64,000 nucleotides of DNA from the human T2T-CHM13v2.0 reference genome, Homo sapiens: NCBI RefSeq assembly GCF_009914755.1, contig NC_060944.1; one strand, given 5' to 3'. The position numbers were made by a program, and so were the translations under genes. Shown here piece after piece: positions 1-26,678 of this stretch. Each line of letters begins with the position of its first letter. The stretch's first letter is position 1. Below the pieces are notes generated by a model. It saw only the letters and a program-made list of their open reading frames with translations. It was not told the DNA's origin and did no database searches.

Positions 1-199
1 CGCCAGGCTCCATCCCTTTCCTGAGCTTCATGCCTAGCATCTGTGCAATTCCAGGGGTCCAGCGGGTGTTCTGCACACATAGCCCCCACCCCAGGGGCTG
101 AGCAGGGCCCCACCCGCCTCTCTTGTTTTGTCCTCACCTATCTCGTACTTCCAAAACCACCCACCCCCAACAGAAAGTCAGGATCAAGAAAGTGGATTA

Positions 200-1550
<1,351 letters not shown>

Positions 1551-1589
1551 CTTAGGAGTTCTTTGAACCATCCTTGAAATTAAAAACAT

Positions 1590-2215
1590 ATGTTTAACTG
1601 TGGTAAAATACGAATAGCATAACATGTATCATCTTCATCATTTTTAAGTGTATAGTTGAGTGGCATGAAGTATTCTCATTGTTATGTAACTATCACCACC
1701 ATCCATCTCCAGAACTCTTTTCATCTTGGAAAAATGAAACTCTGTACCCATTAAACAATGACTCCCCATTACTCCTTCCCCCCTAGTCCCTGGCAACTAC
1801 CTCTCTCCTTTCTGTCTCTATGAATTTGAGTACCCTAGGTACCTAAAGTAGTGGAATCATACAATATTTGTCTTTCTGGGGCTGGTTCATTTACTTAGCA
1901 TGCTGTCCTCAAGGTTCACCTATGTTGTAGCATGTGTCAGAATTTCGTTCCTTTTTAAGGCTAAACAATATTCCATTTTATGTGTATATACCATATTTTG
2001 TTTACCCATTCATCTACCGATGGCCACTTGGGTTGCTTCTACTTTTTGGCTATTGTGAATAATGTTGTTATGAACATTGGTGCAAATGCATCTTTGAGAC
2101 CACTGCTTTCAGTTCTTTTGGTTATATATCCAAAAGTGGGATTGCTAGATCCTATGGTAATTCCATTTTTAATTTTTTGAGGAACTGCCATATTTTTCAT
2201 AGTGGCATTATCATT
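1590..2215 (-). mobile_element. L1M (L1MB-like) 3' fragment
   Basis: Typical antisense L1 3' UTR text (ATCACCACCATCCATCTCCAGAAC..., GTGAATAATGTTGTTATGAACATT). Confidence 0.75.
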
Positions 2216-2717
2216 CTTGCAATTTTAAGTGTGAAGTTATCTTAAAATAAAAATTAGAACTGAAAAAAGGAAGAAAGTGAAGGAAGCTAATATGGATATG
2301 CATAAATATTGGCTTTAGTTGACTTTATAATTAGATAAAAATTGATTTTTAAGTTTGTTGAGGCCGGGTGTGGTGGCTCACACCTGTAATCCCAGCACTT
2401 TGAGAGGCTGAGGCGAGCAGACTGCTTGAGTTCGAAGTTCAAGACCAGCCTGGGCAACATGATGAAACCCTGTCTCTACAAAGAAATACAAAAATTAGCC
2501 AGATGTGGTGGTGTGCACCTGTAGTCCCAGCTACTCAAGAGGCTGAGGAGGGAGGATCACTTGAGCCTGGGAGGTGGAGGTTACAGTGAGCTGAGATTGC
2601 AGTGAGCCTGGGTGACAGAGCCAGACCCAGTCTCAAATAAAAAAAAAATCATTGATAAGCTCCGTGATATTCAGGATAAAAAGAGAAACATATTATTTAT
2701 TAGAAATTAGACAATTG

Positions 2718-3093
<376 letters not shown>

Positions 3094-3109
3094 TTACAAA
3101 ACCTGGCTT

Positions 3110-3960
3110 TCACACACCTATTAGAATAGCCAAAATCCAGAACACTGACACCACCAAATGCTGGCAAAGATGTGGACCAAGAACCATCATTCATTGCTGG
3201 TGGGAGTACAAAATGGTACAGTTGCTTTGGAAGACAGTTCAGTGGTTTCTTATAAAATTAAACATTCTCCTACCACACAAGGAGTTGAAAGCATATCCAT
3301 ATGAAAACCCGTACATAAATGTTTATGGCAACTTTATTTGTAGTTGCTAAGACTTGGAAGCAACCAAGATGTCTTTCAGTAGGTGAATGGATAAATAAAC
3401 TGTGGTATGTCCAGACAATGGGATATTATTCAGCACTAAAAAGAAATGAGCTATCAACTCTTGAAAAGACATGGAGCAACCTTAAATGCATATTACTAAG
3501 TGAAATAAGCCAATCTGAAAAGGCTACAAACTGGATGTATGTCCAGTTATATGACACTATGGAAAGGCAAAAACTATGGAGTTGTCTTCAAAATTAGTCG
3601 TTGCCAAGGGCTGAGGAGAGGGAAGGATGAATGGATATAGCACAGATGATTTTTACAGAAGTGAAACTACACCCTGTAATACTACTACTAATGGTAAACC
3701 CATGTCATCATACATTTGTCCAAATCCATAGAATGTAAACTTCCCAGAGTGAACCCTGGTGTAAACTCTGACCCTGGGTGATAACAATGTGTCAGTATTG
3801 GTTCCTCAATTGTAACAAATGTACCACTCTGGTCGCGGACATTGATAATCAGGGGGCTGTGCATGTGTCGGGAACAGGGAGTATATGAGAAATCCCTGTA
3901 CTTTCCACTCAGTTTTGCTATGAACCTAAAACTGCGATAGAAAATAGAGCCTGTTAAAAA
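3110..3960 (+). mobile_element. L1M (L1MC-like) 3' fragment
   Basis: The translation includes L1 ORF2 C-terminal-like MFMATLFVVAKTWKQPRC...WINKLWY, followed by an L1MC-type 3' UTR. Confidence 0.75.
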
Positions 3961-4080
3961 AACAAAACAAAACAACTGGCTTTGAGCTCTCTGATGGCTC
4001 AACATGGTGAAACCCTGTCTCTACTAAAATACAAAAATTAGCCGGGCATGATGGCAGGTGCCTGTAATCCCAGCTATTCA

Positions 4081-4188
<108 letters not shown>

Positions 4189-4509
4189 TCAAAAAACAAA
4201 CAAACAAAAAACAGTTCTCACCAGCATTCACACATTGCTCCATTATCCACATCCTCATCAGCTTCGATGATCATCAGCTCATGGGGTTTGCCCCCTCTGC
4301 GAGAAGCATCCTGGAGCCCATTGGCTGCTACCTGCTCCCCTCCCTCCAAACAGCGCTTGTCTTCTGTCCATCTCAGTCCCCTCACCTTCAGGCTCCTGGG
4401 CATCTCCATGAAACAGGGAGGCCTAGGAGAGCTGGCATCACTGAATCTAAAACCTAGAAGAATCCAACCAGCACACATGCCCTAGGGAGAGGAGATGGTC
4501 TAGGTTTAG

Positions 4510-5215
4510 AGAGACAGCACCAAACAAGATGGAACAAAGTCCCTGGCCTCTAGGAGCTTATGTTCTGTATTGATGATGAGCACAGGAAGTGCACAAGAAA
4601 AATCAGGGTAGGTAGGGGGTGGAGGCTACTACTTTGTGAAGGGTCATTAGAGAACACTTTATGAAGAATATGACATTGGTGAGTACACCAGTGAGGGAGT
4701 GAACCCTGCAGATATCAAGGCCAAGAATGTTCCGGGCAGAGGAATGTTCCATGCTTGGCATGGCTAGGTGACAGCAAGGAGGCCAGTATGTCCAGAATGG
4801 AGTCAAAGGAGAAAAAAGTTGCAAGAAGGGGGGTGGAGGCCAGATCATGACCATGTGAAGGGAGCTTTTGGAAGGTTCTTAGCAGAGATCTAGGATCTAG
4901 AATCTGGCTAGACTGGGGAAGCACCAGCATGGAAGGCGTCGGGGAGGAAGGCACTGCAGTGATCCAAGTAGGAGATTATGGAGGCTTGGATCAGAGTGGT
5001 TGTGGTGGTGTTGAGATGGGACCAATCCTGGCCATATTTTGACGGCAGAACTGAGAGGGCTTGCTGTTGGACTCAATGTGAGGAATGGGAGAGAATCAAG
5101 AATTACTCCAGAAATGTTTTTTGAGCAAGTGGAAGCTGCTTCCTGAGATAAGGAAGGCTGTGAGGGAAGCACAGTTGGGGGTGGATCTCAGGAGTGTGGT
5201 TTTAAACAGTTTACA
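4510..5215 (-). mobile_element. L2 LINE fragment
   Basis: Purine-rich L2-type text (CCCTGGCCTCTAGGAGCTTATGTTCT..., GAGAATCAAGAATTACTCC). Confidence 0.65.
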
Positions 5216-5228
5216 GCAAAAGGATTTA

Positions 5229-5327
<99 letters not shown>

Positions 5328-5441
5328 TCATGAGGTCAGGAGTTCGAGACCAGTCTGGCCAACATGGTGAAACCCTGTCTCTACTACAAATACAAAAATT
5401 AGCTGGGCTTGGTGGCGGGCACCTTTAATCCCAGTTACTCA

Positions 5442-5645
<204 letters not shown>

Positions 5646-5730
5646 TTAAAAATAAGATTGAAGTTTCAAGGGTTAAGCAACTTATGTACTGTATCTCTTT
5701 GAGACCCTGCTTTCAGTCCTTTTGGATATG

Positions 5731-5942
5731 CAGTTGAACCTTGAACAACATGAGTTTGAACTGTGTGGCCCCACTTATATGTGGCTTTTTTTTCAGTCAA
5801 ATGCAGTGGTGGGATGCCAAACTGCAGACAGGGAGAGCCAACTTTTCATATATACAGGTTCTGTAGCAGGACTTGAGTATGTACGGATTTGGGTATACCC
5901 AGGGATTCTGGAGCCAATCCCCCAGTATATCAAGGTATGACT
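5731..5942. mobile_element. MER8/Tigger2-type DNA transposon inserted in an L1 fragment
   Basis: Begins with the Tigger2-like terminus CAGTTGAACCTTGAACAACATGAGTTTGAACTG. L1 sequence resumes at ~5945. Confidence 0.65.
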
Positions 5943-6045
5943 TGAAAGTGGCATTGCTGGATCATACGGTAGTTCTATTTTTAATTTTTTGAGGAACTGT
6001 CCTACTGTTTTCCATTGCAGTTGCACCATTTTACAATTCCACTAA

Positions 6046-6258
<213 letters not shown>

Positions 6259-7993
6259 TGAGATTACAGGCGCCCACCACCACACCTGGCTAATTTTTGT
6301 ATTTTTAGTAGAGATGGGGTTTCACCATGTTGGCCAGGCTGGTCTTGAACTCCTCACCTCAAATGATTCGCCTGCCTCAGCCTCCCAAAGTGTTGGGATT
6401 ACAGGTCTGAGCCACTGTGCCCGGCCTGATTTTTGTTTTCTAGAAAGTCTCACTCTATTGCCCAGGATGAAGTAGAGTTTTGACCTCCTCGGTTCAAGTG
6501 ATCCTCCCACCAAAGCCTCCAGAATAGCTGGGAATACAGGCCATTTCTTTATTTCTATCAGAATTGGACTCATGGCTTCCTGTTTTATTCAGTGTGCTAT
6601 CATTTGCATTATATGAGTCATTCTACATTTTGATGCTCAAATTGTGACAGATTTGGCCAATGGAAGCCACTTCAAGCTGGCTTCTGTGTCCTTTTGATAT
6701 GTCCCCGTCATTCTTGGAGCACTGTCTTGATTCCTGCCATAACAGGATATTTCAAGATGATCTTGTACTTTCTTTGCTGCAGCCCTGGAATTAGCCATTT
6801 CTCCAAGGCCCATGGTTCCTTTTAGTAAAGAACCATGTTTAGAAGCTTCTGGCCCTGGCTTTACCCCCGATGAAACTCATGGCTTTGAAAGGCCCAGCAT
6901 CTGATCTGAAGAGGCAGAACAAACCATTCATTTTACTGAGGAGACTGAGGCCTAGATGTGGTCCATTGGCCAAGTCCGCAGCCAGTGACAGAGCTTAGAC
7001 ACGAGCTGAGGCCCCTGACCTCCTGTCCAGTGTTCTCTGCATGGCAATACATATTGCTAGCTAAGCGGTCTGCTCCCAGCAGGGCCTGGCCCTCTCTGGA
7101 CCTCACTTCCCTCTTGCGGCCACTGAGGGTTATCTTTGCCCTGGGGGTCCAGGACTGCCTGAGAGTTGACCTTAGCTCCTGGCTCTTGATGCGCCTTACC
7201 TTCCTGGAGACTTTTATGGGTGAATCCACCTTAAATTACAGAAGAGGTCCTGCTTCAGCTTTTATCTCCAGCTTACAAACCAATCCCATCCTGAAATGAC
7301 TTGTCGAAGTGCATGGACCTGGGGGGACACGTGGTTTGTTCCCTCCACGCCAGGGATTCAAGGAATATGTGCCTCCCTGAAGCCCATCTTGGTCAGCTAA
7401 GACCTGTCTCATAGAGGAGCATCAACAGGAAAGATTGGGTCCAGGCCTGATACCGGGTTGGGAAGGCAATTGGAAAGGCCTCGTCTACCTGCCCTAAGGC
7501 TCCCAACCCACCCAGGTTACACCATCAGCATCTGGGGAAACAGAGACACTACCGTCCCACATCCGGAGGCCAGTGTCTCATTAGCCTCACGTCAAAGTTG
7601 AGAATAAGAACCCTCTATAGTCATATTCTCTATATGCCATTAGAGAATGTTTGCTGTGCCTGATTTGGGGATAGGTTATGCTGCATCTGACCGATGCCCT
7701 CTGGTTTGGTCAGCCACGATAGCAACTTCCAGCCTGGAAATGCTTGATTATTCAATCAGTGCCCTTACTAGTGATGTCACACCAAGCAGCAGTCTGAAAG
7801 GCTTTCGTCTGTTGTATTCAACAGACATTTCCAAGCACCTGCTGTGTGTCAGGCATTACGTTGCACCGTTGTTGCAGAAATTATTTAAACCTTAGCTCAA
7901 TCCAAGTAGGCTTTCAGGTAACAATTACGATGCAAGTGGGCTCCATCCATATACAAGAGGAACAAGGAGGGGCAGCAAAAGAAAGGCCGTATC

Positions 7994-8249
7994 GGCCGGG
8001 GGTGGTGGCTCACGCCTGTAATCCCAGCACTTTGGGAGGCTGAGGCGGGCGGATCACTTGAGGTCAGTTTGAGACTAGCCTGGCCAACATGGTGAAACCC
8101 CGTCTCTACTAAAAATACAAAAAATTAGCTGGGCGTGGTGGCGCATGCTTGTAATCCCAGCTACTTGGGAGGCAGAGGTTGCAGTGAGCAAAGATGGCAC
8201 CACCACACTCCAGCCTGAGTGACATAGTGAGACGCCATCTCAAAAAAAA
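7994..8249 (+). mobile_element. AluS with internal deletion, ~350 bp past the NORAD 3' end
   Basis: Alu consensus. TSD AAAGGCCGTATC at 7982-7993 and 8247-8258. Confidence 0.9.
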
Positions 8250-8621
8250 GGCCGTATCTTCTGACGTTCAGTTCTGGCACTCGGGAGTGTCAGGTTCTTA
8301 CAGGCAAGACTTTGTGGAGATACTGAATTTAAGTTGGGCTCTGAAGAATGATTTTGCCAAGTGAAACTGTGGAAAGGGCATTACAGGCAGAAGGAATGGC
8401 TTGAGCAAACCACAGAACCTGTAAAGTGCAAGGTTATCCTGAACAGCAGAGCACCTGGGTGGCAGTGGCTAACACCCAGGCAATGGAGGGAGGAGTCAAA
8501 GATGAGAAATTCCAGATACCTCAGAGCCCAAGCATGAAGGAGCATGAACCTGTGCTTCTGTAGCGTATACTAACTCTATTCTACAAGCAACGAGGGCTTA
8601 ATACAGGCTTTTAAAATAACC

Positions 8622-8627
8622 TTTATT
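8622..8627 (-). terminator. NORAD polyadenylation signal AATAAA; cleavage inferred near 8602
   Basis: Plus strand TTTATT at 8622-8627. A GT-rich downstream element (CGTTGCTTGT, minus strand) lies at ~8583-8592. Confidence 0.85.
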
Positions 8628-9334
8628 TTTTAAAAGTTAGTATGTGCATTATAGGAAATTGAAAAACACAAGCAAAGAACAAAGTCATTCACAATCACAA
8701 GCAGTTTATAGTTTGACATATTCTTCTAGATCCTGTGTGTAGGCACAACATCCAATTTTATGGGACTGAGACTGTACAGTATGTATCATGATTTTTCACA
8801 CATCATGAATATTTACCAATTCAAAATCCCAAAGCTATATGAGTATTCTGATAACCAAGAATACACTACACCAACTCAAACTGCTAAAAAAAAAAAAAAA
8901 GATGTAATCCTGCCTTTCTTGGGACAGAAATTTCATATAAGACAAAAATGGCAACACGCCTCTAGATAAAAGCATTGGCAGAGTTCTGATTTAAATGCTG
9001 CATTCCCTTAATGCTCAATTTAAAATGAAACACACAGCAACAGAATACAGTATGTTTTTAAGAGAATTCATTAGCAGATCTATACCATTAAAATATTAGC
9101 AAAGTGTATTTCCATTGAATTAATGTGTTCTTATAGTACAGCCAAGAGATGCATACATCAATGGCTATCAAAATGTAAATATGGACATATATGGACACAT
9201 CTGCATACATCTCTACCTGTATAATTCCTTCTGCCCCTCTGCTGCCAACCTAATGAACAAGTCCTGACATACACTGCTCAGAGGTGGCTTAACAATTCCA
9301 TGTCCAAGATGTATCCTATCAATTATAACAAAGG

Positions 9335-13180
<3,846 letters not shown>

Positions 13181-13299
13181 CAGGCCTTCCATAAACGGCC
13201 AGTAAATCTTCCCAGAGGGTGGTGGGCATTTCCAACGGGCCAAACGTGGCCTGTCATTCTACCATTTCTCTCTTCCGACAGCAAAGTCTGGTAGAATGA

Positions 13300-14120
13300 A
13301 GACCAACCGCCCGATGGCCGCTAACCGTTCCACCCGTCGTCGTTCGGGACTTCGCTCACCTTCCAGGCCCCTTAAGGCCTTTGTCCGTTGTCGTCAGGAC
13401 TAGGTAGGTCTCGCCCAATGGCGACAGAGTGGTCACCCGGGAACCGGATCTGCGCGGCTCCGTGGCCTAAAGAGGCGGCCGAGCCTGCTTGCGTCCCTAG
13501 GCCGCCTTCCCGGGCCGTCCACGCCTTAATGGCCTCCGCCGCGCGGCGTTCGAGCTGCCGCCATACTTCCCGGCCCACCACGCCCAGCGCCGCCCAAAGG
13601 CGCTGCGTCCCGGCGGCTCTGCGGGGGTTTCGTCGAGGCTTGGGTCGGGAGACCCGGGTGCCGGCGGGGTCCGGGCTGGGAGACGCCACGGCCGCCATTA
13701 GTCACCGAGGTGGGGTGGGAAAGAGAGGTTCGCTGCGGCTTCAAGGTCTGGGCACAGCCAGTGGGCGGGCACAGCCAGTGGGCAGCCACAGCAGAGGCCT
13801 CCGTTATCTGCAGGGCAGAGGGCTCGGCCTGTCCCGGGGCCCCCCAGTTCACCCGCCGGCCCGGGGCCGGAGGGCCTGGAGGGCCCTGGAGGAGCGGGCT
13901 GCGTTCTGCGTCTCTCCGCGATCTCTGCCGGACCGGAACTGACTTGGCAGTTCTCTGCGCTGGCAAGAGAGGAGCGGTACCGGAAGTGCCCTTGCGCTGG
14001 GGGCCCGCGAGCCGTGGTTCCGGGTCTGCAATGTTCCGGCGTGGGGGTGGGGAATGGGGAATGGGGTGTGGTCACGTGGGGTTAGGGCCCCCTCCACCCC
14101 GCTTGCTCTTCGCAACGGAA
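13300..14120. promoter_or_regulatory. CpG island / NORAD promoter: Inr, ETS site, E-box, G-quadruplex motif
   Basis: CpG-dense. Minus-strand TCAGTT initiator with +1 A at 13940. ACCGGAAGTG (ETS/GABPA-ELK type) at 13979-13988, GTCACGTG E-box at 14071-14078, and G5-T-G4-AAT-G4-AAT-G4 at 14043-14066. Confidence 0.88.
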
Positions 14121-14209
14121 ATTGCTACTGGCCTCAGAATTCCCTGAGCAAACGTTGCTTCTCTATCTCCTTACTCCTCCGGTGCTGGATAAGAAGACTC
14201 CAATATTTC

Positions 14210-15335
14210 ATTTATTGACTCATTTACCACCTGTTTACCGAGCACCTATGTGCCTCTAAGCACGGGGGAGTGCAGCAGTAAAGAAAAAAACACAGGAAAA
14301 TTTCTGCTCTCCTAAAATTTACATTCTAGTAAGGGAAACAACAATAAACAAGATCCTTAAAATGCATAAAAGGGTAGATAGCGAAAGTGCTTTGGAAACA
14401 TAAAAAGGAAAGAGGAATATGAAGTGCAGGTGCGGAATGCTTTATAGTACGGCCAGGTGACTCTGGAGCAGAGACCCGAAGGAGGCGAGGGGATGAGCCA
14501 TGCTTGGAGATGTCTGTAGGGGAACAGCTTATGCACAGGCCACAAAGCCGAAGCATGTGGGCCAGGCCTGTTCCAGGAACAGCAAAGAGGCTGGGGAAGA
14601 GAGGAGAGAAATGGGACCATGGGAGGGAGTTGAACTGCAGTGCGGGAGAGCTGAAGTGGAGGCAGGGGCAGAAGCAGGGAGACCTGATAACTGACTGTTG
14701 CAATCAAGCAGGTGAGCTATGATAGGGACTTATGCCAGGGCGACGACAGCAAAGGGGGCAAAAAGTGGTTGAATTCAGGGGTTGACATAAGCTCAAGTCT
14801 ATAAGATTTGCTGACGGACCAGATGTGAAGTGGGAGAGCGAGAACTGAAAGATGACTCCACACTTTTTGGCCTGAGCAAATGAAAAGGCAGCCGCCTTAA
14901 GTGAGATGGAAGAAACCATGGGAGGAGCAAGCTTTGGGGAGAACACCAGGAGCTGAGTTTTAGGCATGTTAAGTTTGAGATGTCTGTTTGACATTCAAGT
15001 GGAAATGTCAAGCAGACAGATGGATTTATGAGTCTGGCATTCAGGGAAAGGTTTGAACTGGAGATGAATCTTTGGGAGTCGTCAGCATATAGATGTCTTT
15101 AAAACCTTGAGGCTGCATGAGAGAACCAAGAGAGGGACAAGGTCTGAGGTCTGATCCCTGGGTAACGTTTACAGGTCAGGGAATGAGAAGGAACCAGCAA
15201 AGGAGACTGAGAAGCGACCAGGGTGGTAGGAGAACAACCAGGAGAGTGTGGTGTCCTGGAAGTAAATGAGGAAAGTGTTTCAAGGGGAATTTATCAACAG
15301 TGTCAAATGCTGCTGATGTGTCAATTAAGATAAGG
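14210..15335 (-). mobile_element. L2 LINE fragment directly upstream of the NORAD promoter
   Basis: L2 hallmarks such as GAGCACCTATGTGCC and AGTTTTAGGCATGTTAAGTTTGAGATGTCTGTTTGACATTCAAGTGGAAATGTCAAG. Confidence 0.8.
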
Positions 15336-15429
15336 TTGGAAATGACACTTCCAGCTTTTAGAATTAATGCTGTGATGAACTTCCTCGTGAATTTTCACAT
15401 TTTGTGTAGACTTCTGAATTCCTTTGGGT

Positions 15430-17184
<1,755 letters not shown>

Positions 17185-17331
17185 ATACATTCTGCTTTCT
17201 ACCTGATAGCTCTACTTGAATGTTCCAACAGTATCTGAAACTCCTCTTGTGCAAAACAAAACTCTTGGTATCTCCCCAGAGCCTGCTCTTCCCTATCAGT
17301 AAATGGCAGTATCATCCACCTGTTTCCCAAG

Positions 17332-17682
17332 TAATATGGTTTGGCTGTGTCTCCATCCAAATCTCATCTTGAATTGTACTCCTATAATTCCCACACGTTA
17401 TGGGAGGGACCCAGTGGGAGATAATTTGAGTCATGGGGTGGTTCCCTCATACTGTTCTCATGGTAGTGAATAAGTCTCATGAGATCTGATGGTTTTATCA
17501 GGGGTTTCCGCTTTTGCATCTTTCTCATTTTCTCTTGCTGCTGCTGTGTAAGAAGTGCCTTTCACCTCCTGCCATGATTCTGAGACCTCCCCAGCCATGT
17601 GGAAATGTAAGTCCGATTAAACCTCTTTTTCTTCCCAGACTCGGGTATGTCTTTATCAGCAGCGTGAAAATGGACTAATACA
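17332..17682 (+). mobile_element. THE1A solo LTR (MaLR) with 5-bp TSD
   Basis: Runs from TAATATGGTTTGGCTGTGTC to GGACTAATACA, with THE1A-type TATCAGGGGTTTCCGCTTTTGC. TSD CCAAG at 17327-17331 and 17683-17687. Confidence 0.88.
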
Positions 17683-18279
17683 CCAAGTAATTCTCGATCT
17701 CCCTTGATTCCCCATTCTCTCACTTCCCACACGGCAACCATCCCCAGTCCTATCTGCCTCCTAAATATATTTCAAATACAGCCAATTCCCTGTGCTGTCC
17801 ATTATAGTAGCCACTAGCTACGTGTGCCTATTTAAATTGTAATTCATTAGAATGACATGAAATTAAAAATTCAGTTCTTCAGCCACACCACCCTCATTCC
17901 AAGTGCTCAAGAGTCACAGGGAACTAGGAGCCAGTGGCTACCATATGAGCACAGGTGGAGAATGTTCCCACCATCCCAGGAAGTCCCATTGACAGTGCTG
18001 ATCTGTATCCAAATCCAAGCTAGCAACGTCTTTCATTTGGATGACTCTAATAGCCCCTTAATTGTTGTTGTTCTGGTTTCTACTGCTCTCCCTTTCTAAT
18101 CCGTTCTCCCTACAGAAGCCAGAATGAACTTTTAATCAAAAATCAGATCTTATAACTCTCCTGTTTAAGCCTTCAGTGGCTTTTCATCACACTTAGAACA
18201 AAATCAAACTTATTTCCACGACCACTGCCTTCCATGACCTGCCCTTTGACCTGCCCTTTGTGTCCCTCGTGCCTCATCT

Positions 18280-24724
<6,445 letters not shown>

Positions 24725-24734
24725 TCATGTAGAT

Positions 24735-25218
24735 CCATTTATTTGTTTCCTGTGGGTGCCAAAACAAATTACTACAAGCCTGGTAGCTTAAAACAACAGA
24801 AATTTATTCTCTCATAGTTCTGGAGGCCATAAATTGAACATGAGTTTCACTGAGCTGAAGTCAATGTGTTGGCAAGGCTGTATTCCCTCCAGATGCTCTG
24901 GGGAAGAATCCGTCTGCCTCTTCCAACTTCTGGTGGCTGCCAACAATCCTTGGCTTGTGGCCACATCAGTCTCTGCCTCCATGGTCACATTGCTTCCTCT
25001 TCTTCTGTGTGTGTTGGTCTAATCTTCCTTTCCCTCTCTCTTATAAGGATATGTGTGATGGAATTTAGGGCCCACTTGGCTAATCCTCAATGATATCCTC
25101 ATCTCAACATTCTTAATCACATCTGCAAAAATTATTTTCTCAAATAAAGTAATGTTTACAGTAGTTTCCAGAGATTAGGACTTGATATATTTGGGTGGCC
25201 ATTATTCAGCCTACTACA
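24735..25218 (-). mobile_element. MLT1-family MaLR LTR
   Basis: GCTTAAAACAACAGAAATTTATTCTCTCATAGTTCTGGAGGCC ... ATTATTCAGCCTACTACA. Confidence 0.8.
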
Positions 25219-25356
25219 CCCTGGCTGTGTGAAATGTAGGACTTTTGTAGTATGAGTAAGCCGGCTCTATACTTAAAAATAAAAACTATGACATAACCTG
25301 GTTTTAAAAAATGTTCATCTGGGTTCCACCTGAAATCATCGTATTATGACCACTAG

Positions 25357-25830
25357 TGAGGTAGGAGGCAGGACTCGAGTCTGGAGGTGGGGTTCAGACA
25401 CTGGACCAAATTGAGGACTAGCTAAAGCAGGGATGGGGTAGAAGAAGCTTTCCATAAGACATGCCCACCAGTGTGCCATGCCAGTTTACCATTGCCATGG
25501 CAACACTCAGAGGTTACTGCCCTTTCCATGGTAGTGACCCAAGACCAAGAAGTTACCACCTTTTTCCTAGAAATTTCTGCATAATCTGCCCCTGAATTTG
25601 CATGTAAATAAAAGTGGGTATAAATATGACTGCAGAACTGCGTTTGAGCTGCTACTCTAGGCACACTGCCTATGGGGTAACCCTGCTCCACAAGAAGCAG
25701 TACGTCTGCTGCTGCCGAACACTGCCACTTCAATAAAAGTTACTATCTGACATCACTGACTTACCCTTGAATTCTTTCAAGTCAAGAACCCTCCTGGGCT
25801 AAGCCCCAATTGGGATCACCTGCCCTGCCT
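25357..25830 (+). mobile_element. ERV1 solo LTR, MER66-like
   Basis: Starts TGAGGTAGGAGGCAGGACTCGA. Contains TTGCCATGGCAAC, an octamer ATTTGCAT, TATAAAT and AATAAA. Confidence 0.7.
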
Positions 25831-26447
25831 TGGTGGGACCCAAGCCACACTTTGCCAAACAGTGTAAGAGATTGGTCTTAGAGGTCAGAGAGTTCTACAT
25901 TCTAACTCTGGCAAGCCTGTGACTTTGGTTAAGTCAACATATTCCTTGAAGACTATCTCTTCATCTGTACAAGAGGACACTAGCCCTGACTCAGAGGAAT
26001 GCTGTCAGAACTCCTGCAGACTGTGAAACAGATGCACAACAAATGATCAGTCACATTCTCCTCCCCCTCCATTTTATAGTTTGTTACACTTCACAAAATA
26101 TTTTCTACATACAATAATGTTTGATCCCCATAAAATGTGTGAGATAAAGCCAAACGTTTCCTTCTCAGATGGAGAAACTGAGACTTGATGTCAACTGACT
26201 TAGCCAACTTTGCCTAACTAGAAGACTAGAAGCAGTGGGTGTCTGAGAGCATAGTCAGCAGAAGCAAAGAGGCAGATGCCCCCCGGAGATGGGGCAGGTT
26301 TGCTGATCTGGCATTTGATTTTTTTTTTTTTTTTTTTGAGAGGGAGCTTCACTCTGTTGCCCAGGCTGGAGTGCAGTGGCGCAATTGCGACTCACTGCAA
26401 CCTCTGCCTCTCAGGCTCAAGGTGATTCTCCTGCCTTGGCCTCCTGA

Positions 26448-26678
<231 letters not shown>

